Shown one piece after another: positions 19,097 to 31,153 of a stretch of DNA of 63,430 bases. The translations under genes and the position numbers were made by a program. Within the stretch, counting starts at the first letter, position 1. Each line of letters opens with the position of its first letter. The stretch is from Deltaproteobacteria bacterium (GTDB taxonomy: Bacteria; Myxococcota_A; UBA9160; SMWR01). Below the pieces are notes generated by a model. The model did not search any database. It was not told where the DNA came from and worked only from the letters and a program-made list of their open reading frames with translations. The stretch spans positions 1-63,430 of the forward strand of contig JAQBHB010000094.1 in assembly GCA_032128115.1 (NCBI GenBank), written 5' to 3'.

Positions 19097-19582
19097 ATGC
19101 GAATACTCAAGATCGTCGGCGGCATCGTGGCGGTGCTGCTTCTCTGCGTGGTGGCTGCATTCGTCGCCGCGCGGTTCCACGACGGCCCCCTCGCGCTGAT
19201 TCCGGGTGGCCCGCTCTCTTCTGGCGATGTTGTCAAGAGCCCGGTCGCCAACTGGAGCTTCGCGACATCGGTCGAGACCATCGAGCTCCAGCTTGCCGAG
19301 GAAGACACATCTCGAACCACGTGGATCCTCGTGAGCGAGGGCCGAGCGTACATTCCCTGCAGTCTCGGGTTTCCGCCCGGGAAGAACTGGCACCTTCGCG
19401 CCGACAAGGACGGCCGGTCGGTCGTCCGGATTCTCGGCAAGCGCTACCCCGTCACCCTGGAAAGACTCAGCAACTCGACCCTGGAGTCGGAACTCGAGGC
19501 GATCGTGGTGTCCAAGTACGGCGGAGCCCCCCCGAGCGACGCCGGGGTCTGGTTCTTCGCGGTCGAGTCTCGAGCGTCCTAG
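19097..19582 (+). CDS. Exported split-beta-barrel-like protein
   Basis: N-terminal TM; DGP..LIPGGPL.SG, SRTTWI, R..GKRYPV, SKYG. Confidence 0.7.
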   Translation: MRILKIVGGIVAVLLLCVVAAFVAARFHDGPLALIPGGPLSSGDVVKSPVANWSFATSVETIELQLAEEDTSRTTWILVSEGRAYIPCSLGFPPGKNWHLRADKDGRSVVRILGKRYPVTLERLSNSTLESELEAIVVSKYGGAPPSDAGVWFFAVESRAS

Positions 19583-19594
19583 AAGAGCGCTGTC

Positions 19595-19617
19595 GCCCGA
19601 GAAGGCGCTGCAGCGGA
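19595..19617 (+). mobile_element. Degenerate attC-like left arm
   Basis: GCCCGAGAAGGCGCTGCAGCGGA lies 12 nt after a stop codon, the position typical of attC. Confidence 0.45.
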
Positions 19618-19631
19618 TCGCGACGCGCCGG

Positions 19632-20084
19632 TCAGACGGCGGCGCGTGAGATCTGGTCCCACACGATCAGGTAGGTCCCGGCCACGGCGAGAGCCAGGCC
19701 CGACCAGCCGCGCCAGCCCACCTCCTCGCCGAGGAGCGCCACGCCGAGAACGAAGACCAACGGCAGGCTGAGCCGGTCCAACGCGGCGACCGGTGCCGCG
19801 TGCGCCACCTTGAGCGCGGCGAAGTAGGCCAGCCAGGATGCCGCGCCGCAGATCCCCGCTCCGATCAAGCAAAGCCAGGCGCGGGTATCCAGATCCGTGC
19901 GACCCCCGGAGAGCTCGCTCAGCCTGCCTGTCGCTCCGGCGATCCCCACGAGAACGGCGCTCATCACAACCGAGCGCAGGCCGGTTGCAAGCACCGTGTC
20001 CACATGCTGCAGCCCGATACGTCCGAAGATCGCAACGCCGGCGGCCCCCACCGCCGCGAGCAAGCCCAGTCCAACCCATCCCAT
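19632..20084 (-). CDS. Single-domain EamA/DMT transporter
   Basis: 5 TM segments; SWLAYFAALK...VAALDRLS. Confidence 0.88.
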   Translation of the reverse strand: MGWVGLGLLAAVGAAGVAIFGRIGLQHVDTVLATGLRSVVMSAVLVGIAGATGRLSELSGGRTDLDTRAWLCLIGAGICGAASWLAYFAALKVAHAAPVAALDRLSLPLVFVLGVALLGEEVGWRGWSGLALAVAGTYLIVWDQISRAAV

Positions 20085-20130
20085 CGCAGCCCCCCGAGTC
20101 GTCGTTTCTGGCTCTCTTGTCGCTGAAAGT

Positions 20131-21012
20131 TCACGAATACCGCGCGATCAGTGCGACCCCTACCACCGTGGACGCGCCGCCCACGACCCGAAGCCATCCC
20201 GGGCGTTCGCCGAGCCACAGGGTTCCCAGCGCCAGCGCGAACAGCACGCTGGTCTGGCGCACCGCTACCACGTAGCTCACCGGCGCCGTCTCGAGCGCCT
20301 TCAGGATCAGGCCATAGCTCAGCATGCTGATGCACGACGCCAGGGCGGCGCGTGCGAGATTGCCGCGAGTCGTGCCGTGCAACACCCGCAATCCGCGCCG
20401 CCGCAACACCAGGGGCACGAAGAACACGGAGCTTGCGGTGGTGAGAAACAGGCAGAAGACCAGGGCCCGCGGCACCGGGCTCGACCACGGGACTGCAGCG
20501 AATCCCGCCATGGCAGCCTTGTCGGTGAGCGAGTAGGCCACCGTGGTGGCCAGGGTGAGATAGGCGAATCCCGCGGCCGCGCCCCCGAAGGATGACCATG
20601 CCAGGCCACGTCCGGCGTGCACGAACCAGATGCCGGCTACGACCACGGCGATCCCCACGCCACCGCCGGGGCTGATCGACTCGCCCAGCAGGGGCACGGC
20701 GACGAGCGGGAGCAACGCGGGAGTGGATCGCGCGATGGGGTAGACCAGCGTCAGGTCGCCCGCCTCGTAGGCCCGGCTCATCCAGTAGAAGTAGAAGCCG
20801 TGGACGACGCCGGTGAGCGCCAACAGGCGCCAGACCGGGGCCGGAATCTCTCCCAGCGGCAACCACGGGATCAGCAACAGCGTGCCGGAGAGCGGTGCCG
20901 CCTTCTGAAGCAGGTTGAAGGGGAGGGGATCGCCGCTGTCCTTGATGAAGACGCTCCAGAGGGCGTGTAGCAGCGCCGAGGCCAGAACCAGTCCGATCTC
21001 GAACAGTGTCAA
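20131..21012 (-). CDS. Two-domain EamA/DMT transporter
   Basis: SALLHALW, AYEAGDLTLVYPIARS, VSYVVAVRQTSV. Confidence 0.92.
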   Translation of the reverse strand: MTLFEIGLVLASALLHALWSVFIKDSGDPLPFNLLQKAAPLSGTLLLIPWLPLGEIPAPVWRLLALTGVVHGFYFYWMSRAYEAGDLTLVYPIARSTPALLPLVAVPLLGESISPGGGVGIAVVVAGIWFVHAGRGLAWSSFGGAAAGFAYLTLATTVAYSLTDKAAMAGFAAVPWSSPVPRALVFCLFLTTASSVFFVPLVLRRRGLRVLHGTTRGNLARAALASCISMLSYGLILKALETAPVSYVVAVRQTSVLFALALGTLWLGERPGWLRVVGGASTVVGVALIARYS

Positions 21013-21256
21013 GAGGAACGGCCGCGAAGGCGCATGGGGCGAAGGTAGGGGATGCGCTCGCCGGGAGGGGGGGCCTGTCCGGGCGGTCGACCGGCACTAC
21101 CGCCTGTGGTACCCCTACTGCCGGTCCGCATGCGCCCCTGGGGCGCGCCCAGTTCAGGACAGTTTCCGTGCGAAGCCGCGCTTGCGCCCCCGACTGCGGG
21201 GCTTCGACCTCATCGCTTTCCGTCGGGGGCCATCGAGTCGGAGGGCGAAGCGGGTC

Positions 21257-22144
21257 ATGACTGCGCCGATGCAGACCGTTCGCAGCTACCTCGCTCTCAC
21301 CAAGCCGCGGATCCTGCTGCTCGTGATCTTCACGAGCCTGCCCATCTTCGGGATGGCGGCGGGGGGATGGCCAGGCCCCGGCTTCGCAATCTCTCTCCTG
21401 GTGGGAATCGCCATGGCTGCCGGCGCGGCGAACGCGTTGAATTGCTACATCGATCGCGATCTCGACGCGCTGATGGAGCGAACTGCCACGCGGCCACTGC
21501 CGTCCCACGCCCTCGACCCTCGCTCCGCCCTGACATTCGGGCTGCTGCTCTCGGTGGCGTCGACCGTCATGCTCTACGTGGTGGCCGGTGCTACGGCCGC
21601 GGCTCTCGGCGTGGCCAGCATCCTGTTCTACGTCTTCGTCTACACGGTGTGGCTCAAGCCCCGCACGCCTCTTGGCGCCGTGGTGGGGGGGGCAGCCGGT
21701 GCGGCAGCGCCCCTGATCGCCGATGCGGCCGTGAACGGGCATGTGGGGGCCGCTGGCTGGCTTCTGTTCGCGATCATCTTCTTCTGGCAACCGCCGCACG
21801 TCTGGGCCATCGCCCTGTTCCGCAAGTCGGACTATGCGCGGGCGGGCATTCCCGTGATGCCCAATGTGGTGGGCGATCAACCCACCCGCTGGCGGATGCT
21901 GTGGTACTCGATGGGCCTGGTGCCGGTGACGCTGGCGCCCGTGCCCCTGGGCCTGCTGGGCTCCTTCTACCTGGCCGCGGCCCTGCTGCTGGATGGCTGG
22001 TTCGTGTGGCACGTGGTGCGGGTGTTGCGCGTGCGCAGCGAGGAGGCCGCCAAGCGCCTCTTCCACGTTTCCTTGCTGTACCTGTTCGCCCTGTTCCTGG
22101 CGATGCTGGTGGACCGCGCCCTCTTGGGGCCCGCCACCGGGTAG
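21257..22144 (+). CDS. cyoE: Protoheme IX farnesyltransferase (heme o synthase)
   Basis: LTKPRI, NCYIDRDLDALMERTATRP, YTVWLKPRT, WQPPH, DYARAGIP. Confidence 0.96.
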   Translation: MTAPMQTVRSYLALTKPRILLLVIFTSLPIFGMAAGGWPGPGFAISLLVGIAMAAGAANALNCYIDRDLDALMERTATRPLPSHALDPRSALTFGLLLSVASTVMLYVVAGATAAALGVASILFYVFVYTVWLKPRTPLGAVVGGAAGAAAPLIADAAVNGHVGAAGWLLFAIIFFWQPPHVWAIALFRKSDYARAGIPVMPNVVGDQPTRWRMLWYSMGLVPVTLAPVPLGLLGSFYLAAALLLDGWFVWHVVRVLRVRSEEAAKRLFHVSLLYLFALFLAMLVDRALLGPATG

Positions 22145-22147
22145 GGA

Positions 22148-22372
22148 TCAGCGCCGCCCGCCGAGCTTGCGACGTCGGTCGGGCTCCGGGTGGGTCGGCG
22201 GCCGCCGCAGCTGAAACGCCGGGTAGACCGGTACCTCCACGACCACCCGGGTCCCGTCGGGACGGGTGAGCTCGCGCTTCACGACTCGAATGGGTTCAAG
22301 AGGGGCGCCCCGATCCGGGGTGATGACGCGGGTCTCGGCAGTCTTGGCCGAGCGGCTCGTGCGAGGAGGCAT
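22148..22372 (-). CDS. Small basic hypothetical protein (74 aa)
   Basis: ATG start; compact core EPIRVVKRELTRPDGTRVVVEVPVYPAF with a beta-hairpin pattern. Confidence 0.5.
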   Translation of the reverse strand: MPPRTSRSAKTAETRVITPDRGAPLEPIRVVKRELTRPDGTRVVVEVPVYPAFQLRRPPTHPEPDRRRKLGGRR

Positions 22373-22451
22373 GTCTCTTGGATCGGTGAGACGACCCCGG
22401 AATTGAGGGGGAAAATTGAATGGCGAACAAAACACGAAAGTAGAAATCCAC

Positions 22452-22477
22452 AAAAAACCCGCCGCAGCGGGAATTTT
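22452..22477 (-). terminator. Intrinsic terminator candidate downstream of leuS
   Basis: Minus strand CCCGC-TGCG-GCGGG followed by TTTTTT. Confidence 0.55.
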
Positions 22478-22629
22478 CGAACGCGATCTCACAATCATAG
22501 CACACATTGAATTTCCCGCAAGCATCGGGCGCAGGATTTCTCGAAATCCGAAAAATCAGCCCCGTAAGGGACGTGGGGAGCGGGAAAATTCGAGTTTCAG
22601 CCGCGGAAACATGGTTGGCGGGAGTGGTT

Positions 22630-25395
<2,766 letters not shown>

Positions 25396-25401
25396 CTGCG
25401 G

Positions 25402-28400
25402 CTACTGATCAGCGTCTCGCAGGCCAAGCGCTCTCTCGCGCTCCTTCTGGGCCCGGATGGCCTCCCGCTGCTCGTCGGTGAGCAGGGCGGTGGCGACCTT
25501 GGGACGGAGGATCGAGTAGAACGCTGGCACGATGGTGATGGCTCCGAACATGTTGAGAACCATCAGGATCACCAGCAGGTAGGCCATCTCGGCCTGGAAA
25601 CGCAGATTCGAGAAGGTCCATAGAAAGATCCCGCCGATCACCGTGGTGGCGGTGAAGCTCACCGCCATGCCGGTCGTGCGCACCGCGCGTCTCACGGCTT
25701 CGTCGATGTCGGCGGTGTCGGCGACCTCCTGCCGGATGCGGTCGACGATGTAGATGGCGTAGTCGACCCCGATCCCCACGCCCACCGACTGCACGGGAAG
25801 CGTGTTGATGTTGAGGCCGATCCCGCGGATGGCCATGTAGGCCAGGGACACCATGGTGGCGGTGGCGATCTGCAGGAAGATGATGCCGCCGCTGGGCATC
25901 GATTTGTAGGTCACCGAGTGCAGCACGAAGATCACGAAGAAGATCAGCGAGATGTTGGCAACGTGGCTGCGTTCCACCTCTTCGTTCACGGCTGCCAGGA
26001 TGCCCATGATGCCGCCGGCCATCACGAACTGGACGCCGCGCGTCCACGAATTGGTGGGCTGGTAGCTGGGCGTGGCGCCCACGGCCTTCAGGTCGTGGAC
26101 GATCAGGTCCTTGGTGTTGAGCGCCACGGCCCGGATGCCGAATTCTTCACTTTCCCACCAGGCGTCCACGTCGGACGAGTCCCACGTCTCCAGATCCTCG
26201 GGCCAGGAGAAGAACTCCCCCTCTTCGAGCGAGTCGCGCGTCTCCGCGTAGTCGGAGATCGCCCCGTCGGCGAACCCGTCGATCCAGGGCGGCAGGCCGC
26301 CCTCTTTTACCCGGTTCACCTTGGCGAAGACGTAGCTGCCGTCGGCCTGGCGGATCCTCACGTTCAGGGTGTGGTTTCGCGAGGGCAGGAGCGGCCCGAG
26401 CATGTAGTACCACTTGTCCAGCAGGCTCTGGGTGTCGAAGAAGCCCGCGTCCTTGGCCGCCTTGTCCATGTCCAGACGCACCGAGACCTGGCCCAGCGGG
26501 TTGGCCTGGATGAATTCCTCGGCGTAGTGGCGTGCGAGCTCGATGGTGTCGCCCTTCTGGTCCGGGTAATAGAAGGCCACGTTGGCCTTGCGCCCGTCGT
26601 CGGTCATGAAGGGACGCAGGAAGCCCGGCGGGCCGTTCTGCCGGAACTGGAAGATCAAGGCGCGCACGGTGCCCGGGTGAGAGGGCACGAAGTACCACTT
26701 GGGATCGCCGTAGTGGTTGATCATCCACGACGCTCGCAGGAAGGGCACCAGCGAAACCGCGGCGCCCAGGTCCGTGTTGATCTTCAGATGCCTCTCGAAG
26801 CGCTCGATGGCTCGGATGGGGTCCGGGTCGGCGCTGGCGTTCTGCCGGTCGCCGTCGGAAAAGACCACCATCGAGGCCACGCCGCCGAAGCGTTGGGCGA
26901 TCTCATTGGTGGCCACGTTCCATTCGTGGTCAGGCCACAGCAGGGGCGTCCCGGTGGTGGCCATTCCGATCTTCGAGTGGAAGAGCGCGATGTAGGTGGA
27001 GGTGCACAGCAGCAGCACGGTTCCCACACCGATCACGTACTTCCAGGGGCTGTGCGTGGTGATGTGTCCGATGAACCGCGTGAACGTCACCATGAACTTC
27101 GGAAGGAAGTGCTCCGATTCGGTGGGAGCGGGCAGGTAGCAGATCAGGACCGGGTGGAGGATCTCGACCGTTACGATGATCGAGGCCACCCAGAAGGCCC
27201 CGAACTTGGCCAGGTTCTGCATCTGCGGGATCGAGGTCACCATGATCACGAGCAGGCCCGCGACGTCGGTGATGATGCCCAGGGTGCCCGGGACGATCAG
27301 CTCGCCCATGGCGACCGTGGCCGCTTCGACCTTGGCCACGTTGGGGTCGCCGTAGCGCGGCAGCATGATCTCGTAGTCCTCGAAGAATCGCTCTGCCATC
27401 TGCACCGTGTGGGACACGGCACGGGCGGTGATGATCATGGGGATCACGAGGATCAGCGGGTCGAATGTGATGTCCATCCATCCCGTGAAGCCCAGGCCCC
27501 AGATCACCGTGGCCGTAGCCGCCACGGCCGGAATCAACACTCCATGCCAGCGGCGGAAGTAGAGCCACAGCAGCAGGAAGATCGCGACGATCGTCCCCGC
27601 CACGTAGACCAGGATCTCGAACGCGTGTTTCAGGATCCAACCGGTCAGGATCGGGAAACCCGAGACGTGGATCGTGATGTTCTCGTTCTCGCGTTCGAGA
27701 TCGGCCTTGATCTCCTGGACGTGATTGAAGACCGCCATGTAGGTCTCGCGATTGGCGAGGCGGTCGGTGACGAAGCCCGCGCTGATGAGCGCTCCCTTTT
27801 CGTCCTTGGAGACCAGGCGTCCGTAGATGATGGGTGGGTTCTGGAGCACCACGGCCCGGACCGCGTCGGCTTCCTCCTGGGTCTCGGGGATCGTCTCCAT
27901 GAGCACGGTGGTGGTGATGTCGCCCGAGGCCTCGATCTGGACCACGCGCGCACTGCGGTGGGCGATCGAGTTGATCTGGTTGTGATTGACGGGGTAGGGC
28001 GGGTATTTCGCGTCGAGTCGGTCGCGAATCTCCGGGACGCTGAGAGATTCGTCCTCTTCCAGGCGGTCGCGCATTTCGTCGCGCGCGTCGCTCTGGCTGT
28101 CGAACCCGATCCCGTCGACCCGGCGGGTCACCTCGGCGATGACCGCGAGCGTCTCCGGCGTGAAGATGTTGCCCTCGTTCACGGTCACGGAGATGGCGAC
28201 CAGAGCGGAACCGCCGAACATCTTCGAGAACTTGTCCTGGGCGTGGATGTAGGGGTGATCGGGAAACAGATCCCGGGCGTTGGTGTTCACCCGCACGATG
28301 GGGCCGGGGAGCCGGTCGCCCAGGGCGGCCACGACGGTGTTGAAGATCGGATAGAAGAAGAACAGCGTGGAGAGGATCAGACCGATCGCAACCGGGAAAC

Positions 28401-28473
28401 GGTTTCGTACGACCAAGCGTGCGAACTGGAGGGTCGTGGTCTCTCGGATCTCGTGGTGGGGTGCCTCCGCCAT
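25402..28473 (-). CDS. MMPL/RND-superfamily transporter (1023 aa)
   Basis: Two TM bundles; ARAVSHTVQ, GVGIGVDYAIY, TTGMAV. Confidence 0.9.
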   Translation of the reverse strand: MAEAPHHEIRETTTLQFARLVVRNRFPVAIGLILSTLFFFYPIFNTVVAALGDRLPGPIVRVNTNARDLFPDHPYIHAQDKFSKMFGGSALVAISVTVNEGNIFTPETLAVIAEVTRRVDGIGFDSQSDARDEMRDRLEEDESLSVPEIRDRLDAKYPPYPVNHNQINSIAHRSARVVQIEASGDITTTVLMETIPETQEEADAVRAVVLQNPPIIYGRLVSKDEKGALISAGFVTDRLANRETYMAVFNHVQEIKADLERENENITIHVSGFPILTGWILKHAFEILVYVAGTIVAIFLLLWLYFRRWHGVLIPAVAATATVIWGLGFTGWMDITFDPLILVIPMIITARAVSHTVQMAERFFEDYEIMLPRYGDPNVAKVEAATVAMGELIVPGTLGIITDVAGLLVIMVTSIPQMQNLAKFGAFWVASIIVTVEILHPVLICYLPAPTESEHFLPKFMVTFTRFIGHITTHSPWKYVIGVGTVLLLCTSTYIALFHSKIGMATTGTPLLWPDHEWNVATNEIAQRFGGVASMVVFSDGDRQNASADPDPIRAIERFERHLKINTDLGAAVSLVPFLRASWMINHYGDPKWYFVPSHPGTVRALIFQFRQNGPPGFLRPFMTDDGRKANVAFYYPDQKGDTIELARHYAEEFIQANPLGQVSVRLDMDKAAKDAGFFDTQSLLDKWYYMLGPLLPSRNHTLNVRIRQADGSYVFAKVNRVKEGGLPPWIDGFADGAISDYAETRDSLEEGEFFSWPEDLETWDSSDVDAWWESEEFGIRAVALNTKDLIVHDLKAVGATPSYQPTNSWTRGVQFVMAGGIMGILAAVNEEVERSHVANISLIFFVIFVLHSVTYKSMPSGGIIFLQIATATMVSLAYMAIRGIGLNINTLPVQSVGVGIGVDYAIYIVDRIRQEVADTADIDEAVRRAVRTTGMAVSFTATTVIGGIFLWTFSNLRFQAEMAYLLVILMVLNMFGAITIVPAFYSILRPKVATALLTDEQREAIRAQKERERALGLRDADQ

Positions 28474-28736
28474 GGTCTCCTCGTCCGCTTGTGTAGGGGT
28501 GCCGCGTCCTGCAACAGCAGCACTCCCGGCCGCAGGCGAGCGGCCTCATACGGGGGGCTGAAGCTGGCGGAGACCCGGCACCCGGGCGATCCCGGAAAGT
28601 TCGGATGGCACCATATTTCCGATGGACCCCCCGGGTCAAGATCGAGGGGCGAATTTCCCCCGAGTTTCTGGGGGTCTTGCCCCCATCGGTGCCGGTAGAT
28701 TGCGCCTTGCGGCCCCAGGGGGCTTCCGGGAGGCGT

Positions 28737-29135
28737 TCAGCCGCCGCAGCGCCCCAGGAACTCCTGGGGCGAGACCACCCGGGCCCCCCGGTGACGCGCG
28801 CGATCGGCGACGGCTCGGTCGGCGGTCACCACGGCGACGCTCGCGGGATCGGGCTGGTCTCGCAGCCGGGTCAGGAGCCAGTCGTCGGCGCTGGGCGCGA
28901 AGATCGGGTGGACCTGGGGGGCCGGCGCGCCGGCGTAGGCGTCGTGGGGCCCGTCGAACACCACCCAGATGTCGACGTCGGGATCGTCGAACTGCCGTAC
29001 CCGGGAGAGCAGCACCTCTCGCTGGGGCGCGGTCCACCATTCGGCCCGGTCGCGCCCGTGGAGGATGCCCACGTGGAGCACGTTGAAGCCGTCCACGAGC
29101 CAGAGCGAGGGAGACGGTTGGGAGTCGGGCACCAC
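28737..29135 (-). CDS. NYN (YacP-like PIN) domain ribonuclease; ORF open to 29324
   Basis: LVDGFNVLH, VVFDG, SADDWL, VVTADR. Confidence 0.8.
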   Translation of the reverse strand: MVPDSQPSPSLWLVDGFNVLHVGILHGRDRAEWWTAPQREVLLSRVRQFDDPDVDIWVVFDGPHDAYAGAPAPQVHPIFAPSADDWLLTRLRDQPDPASVAVVTADRAVADRARHRGARVVSPQEFLGRCGG

Positions 29136-29428
29136 CGTGGGCGCAGGGTAGTTCGCCCCGGAGGCACCGGCCCACAGGTCAAGTGGCTCGAGTCCGCCCC
29201 AGCCCAGTCCGAAGGCCAGGAACAGGCCGATCACCGCCAGGCTCTCGGCGGAGCCGCCGATCAGGGGTTGCTGCAGGAACCGTGCGAGCATCGCGATCCG
29301 CAGCGTGCGGGAGGGGTGTGACAAATTCGGTCACGACCCCAGGCGGGAAGCGGAGCGGGACCGAGTGTGGTGGTGGCCCGGATGCGATACAAATTGACGC
29401 TCCGCAGCAATCGCCCGAGGGGATCTCC

Positions 29429-31153
29429 GTGACCGATATTCTCCGCCACGACCTCGTAATCGTCGGCGGGGGTGCAGCCGGCCTGCGCGCGGCCATCGCC
29501 GCGGTCGAGGCCGATCCCTCCATTTCCGTCGCACTGGTTTCGAAGGTCTATCCCATGCGGAGCCACACGGTCTCCGCCGAGGGCGGGGCCGCGGCCGTGG
29601 CTCGCGAAGACGACAGCCTCGAGATGCACGGCTACGACACGGTGAAGGGTTCCGACTTCCTGGGCGACCAGGATGTGATCCAGTATTTCGTGGAGCAGGC
29701 GCCCCGGGAGCTGACCCGCCTCGAACACTGGGGCTGCCCCTGGAGCCGCAACGAAGACGGAACGGTGGCCACGCGCGCCTTCGGAGGCATGACCACCAAG
29801 CGCACCTGGTACGCAGCCGACAAGGTCGGCTTCCACATGCTGCATGCGCTGTTCCAGCACTCCCTGCAGTTCGACCGCATCGTCCGCTACGACGAGCAGT
29901 TCGTCACGAAGCTGTTGGTGGACGGCGGAGCGGTGCGGGGTGTCACCGCCCTGGACGTGCGCACGGGCGCCGTGCGGGCCGTGCTGGGCCGGGCCGTGAT
30001 CCTGGCGACGGGCGGCGCGGGCAAGATCTTCCCCTTCACCACCAACGGCAACATCAAGACGGGCGACGGCATGGCCCTGGCCTATTGCGCCGGCGTCCCG
30101 CTCAAGGACATGGAGTTCGTCCAGTACCACCCCACCGGGCTGCCGGGAACCGGGATCCTGATCACCGAGGCCACCCGGGGCGAGGGCGGCCATGTGAAGA
30201 ACTCCGAAGGCGAGCGCTTCCTGGTGACGCGCGATTACGGCGTGGGAACCAAGGCGGAGCTCGGCCCGCGCGACATGATCTCGCGGGCCATCGTGCAGGA
30301 GATCCAGGCCGGGCGCGGTTTCGAGGGCAGCTTCGGCGCCTTCGTGCACCTGGACCTCACCCACCTGGGAGAGGCCCGCATCGACAAGCAGCTGCCCATG
30401 GTGCGCGAACTCGCGAAGATCTACGCCGGCGTGGACCCGGTGTACGAGCCGATCCCGATTCGGCCCGTGGTGCACTACATGATGGGCGGCGTCGATACGG
30501 ACATCGACGGCGCCACCTCGATCTCCGGGCTCTACGCAGCGGGCGAAACGGCCTGCGTGTCGCTCAACGGGGCCAATCGTCTGGGGTCGAACTCGCTCAC
30601 CGAATGCCTGGTGTTCGGCGCCCGCGCCGGCGAGCACGCGGTGGGCTTCGCCCGGGGTACGGGCGAGTGCAACGAATCCGCGCTCCGCAGCCAGACCGAA
30701 GAAGAGGCGGGCCGCATCGCCGCGCTTCGCGGCAAGAAGGGTGGCGGCGAGAAGATTTCCCAGATCCGCCGCGAGATGAACGACGCCATGGAGTCGGGCT
30801 GCGGCGTGTATCGCAACGCGTCGGACATGGCGTCCGGCGTCCAGGCCCTGGCAAAGCTCCAGGATCGCCTGGCCGACCTGGCAATCGAGGATTCGAGCCT
30901 TGTGTTCAATACCGAGTTGGTGGCCGCGCTCGAGCTGGTCAACATGATGGACGTGGCTCGCACCGTGGCCGGCGCGGCTCAGCTCCGCGACGAATCGCGC
31001 GGTGCCCACACCCGCGACGACTTCGCCGCGCGCGACGACCAGAACTTCCTGCACCACTCGCTGTGCCACTTCGACGCGGCCGGGGCTGGCCCCAGGATCG
31101 ACAAGAAGGCGGTGACGCTGGGGCACTGGGAGCCCGAGGAGCGCAAGTACTGA
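29429..31153 (+). CDS. frdA: Fumarate reductase/succinate dehydrogenase flavoprotein subunit
   Basis: GGGAAG, RSHTVSAEGG (covalent-FAD His), QYHPTG, TEATRGEGG, HYMMGG, GANRLGSNSL. Confidence 0.93.
   Translation: MTDILRHDLVIVGGGAAGLRAAIAAVEADPSISVALVSKVYPMRSHTVSAEGGAAAVAREDDSLEMHGYDTVKGSDFLGDQDVIQYFVEQAPRELTRLEHWGCPWSRNEDGTVATRAFGGMTTKRTWYAADKVGFHMLHALFQHSLQFDRIVRYDEQFVTKLLVDGGAVRGVTALDVRTGAVRAVLGRAVILATGGAGKIFPFTTNGNIKTGDGMALAYCAGVPLKDMEFVQYHPTGLPGTGILITEATRGEGGHVKNSEGERFLVTRDYGVGTKAELGPRDMISRAIVQEIQAGRGFEGSFGAFVHLDLTHLGEARIDKQLPMVRELAKIYAGVDPVYEPIPIRPVVHYMMGGVDTDIDGATSISGLYAAGETACVSLNGANRLGSNSLTECLVFGARAGEHAVGFARGTGECNESALRSQTEEEAGRIAALRGKKGGGEKISQIRREMNDAMESGCGVYRNASDMASGVQALAKLQDRLADLAIEDSSLVFNTELVAALELVNMMDVARTVAGAAQLRDESRGAHTRDDFAARDDQNFLHHSLCHFDAAGAGPRIDKKAVTLGHWEPEERKY

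Noticed and set aside
22373..22629. AT-rich region as a replication origin
   Set aside because: Only one weak DnaA-box-like match (AAATCCACA) and no dnaA/par context.
29136..29324. TM-like N-terminal extension on the NYN nuclease, suggesting a membrane-anchored effector
   Set aside because: Probably upstream non-coding DNA of the divergent frd promoter region; the domain begins right after GTG 29135.
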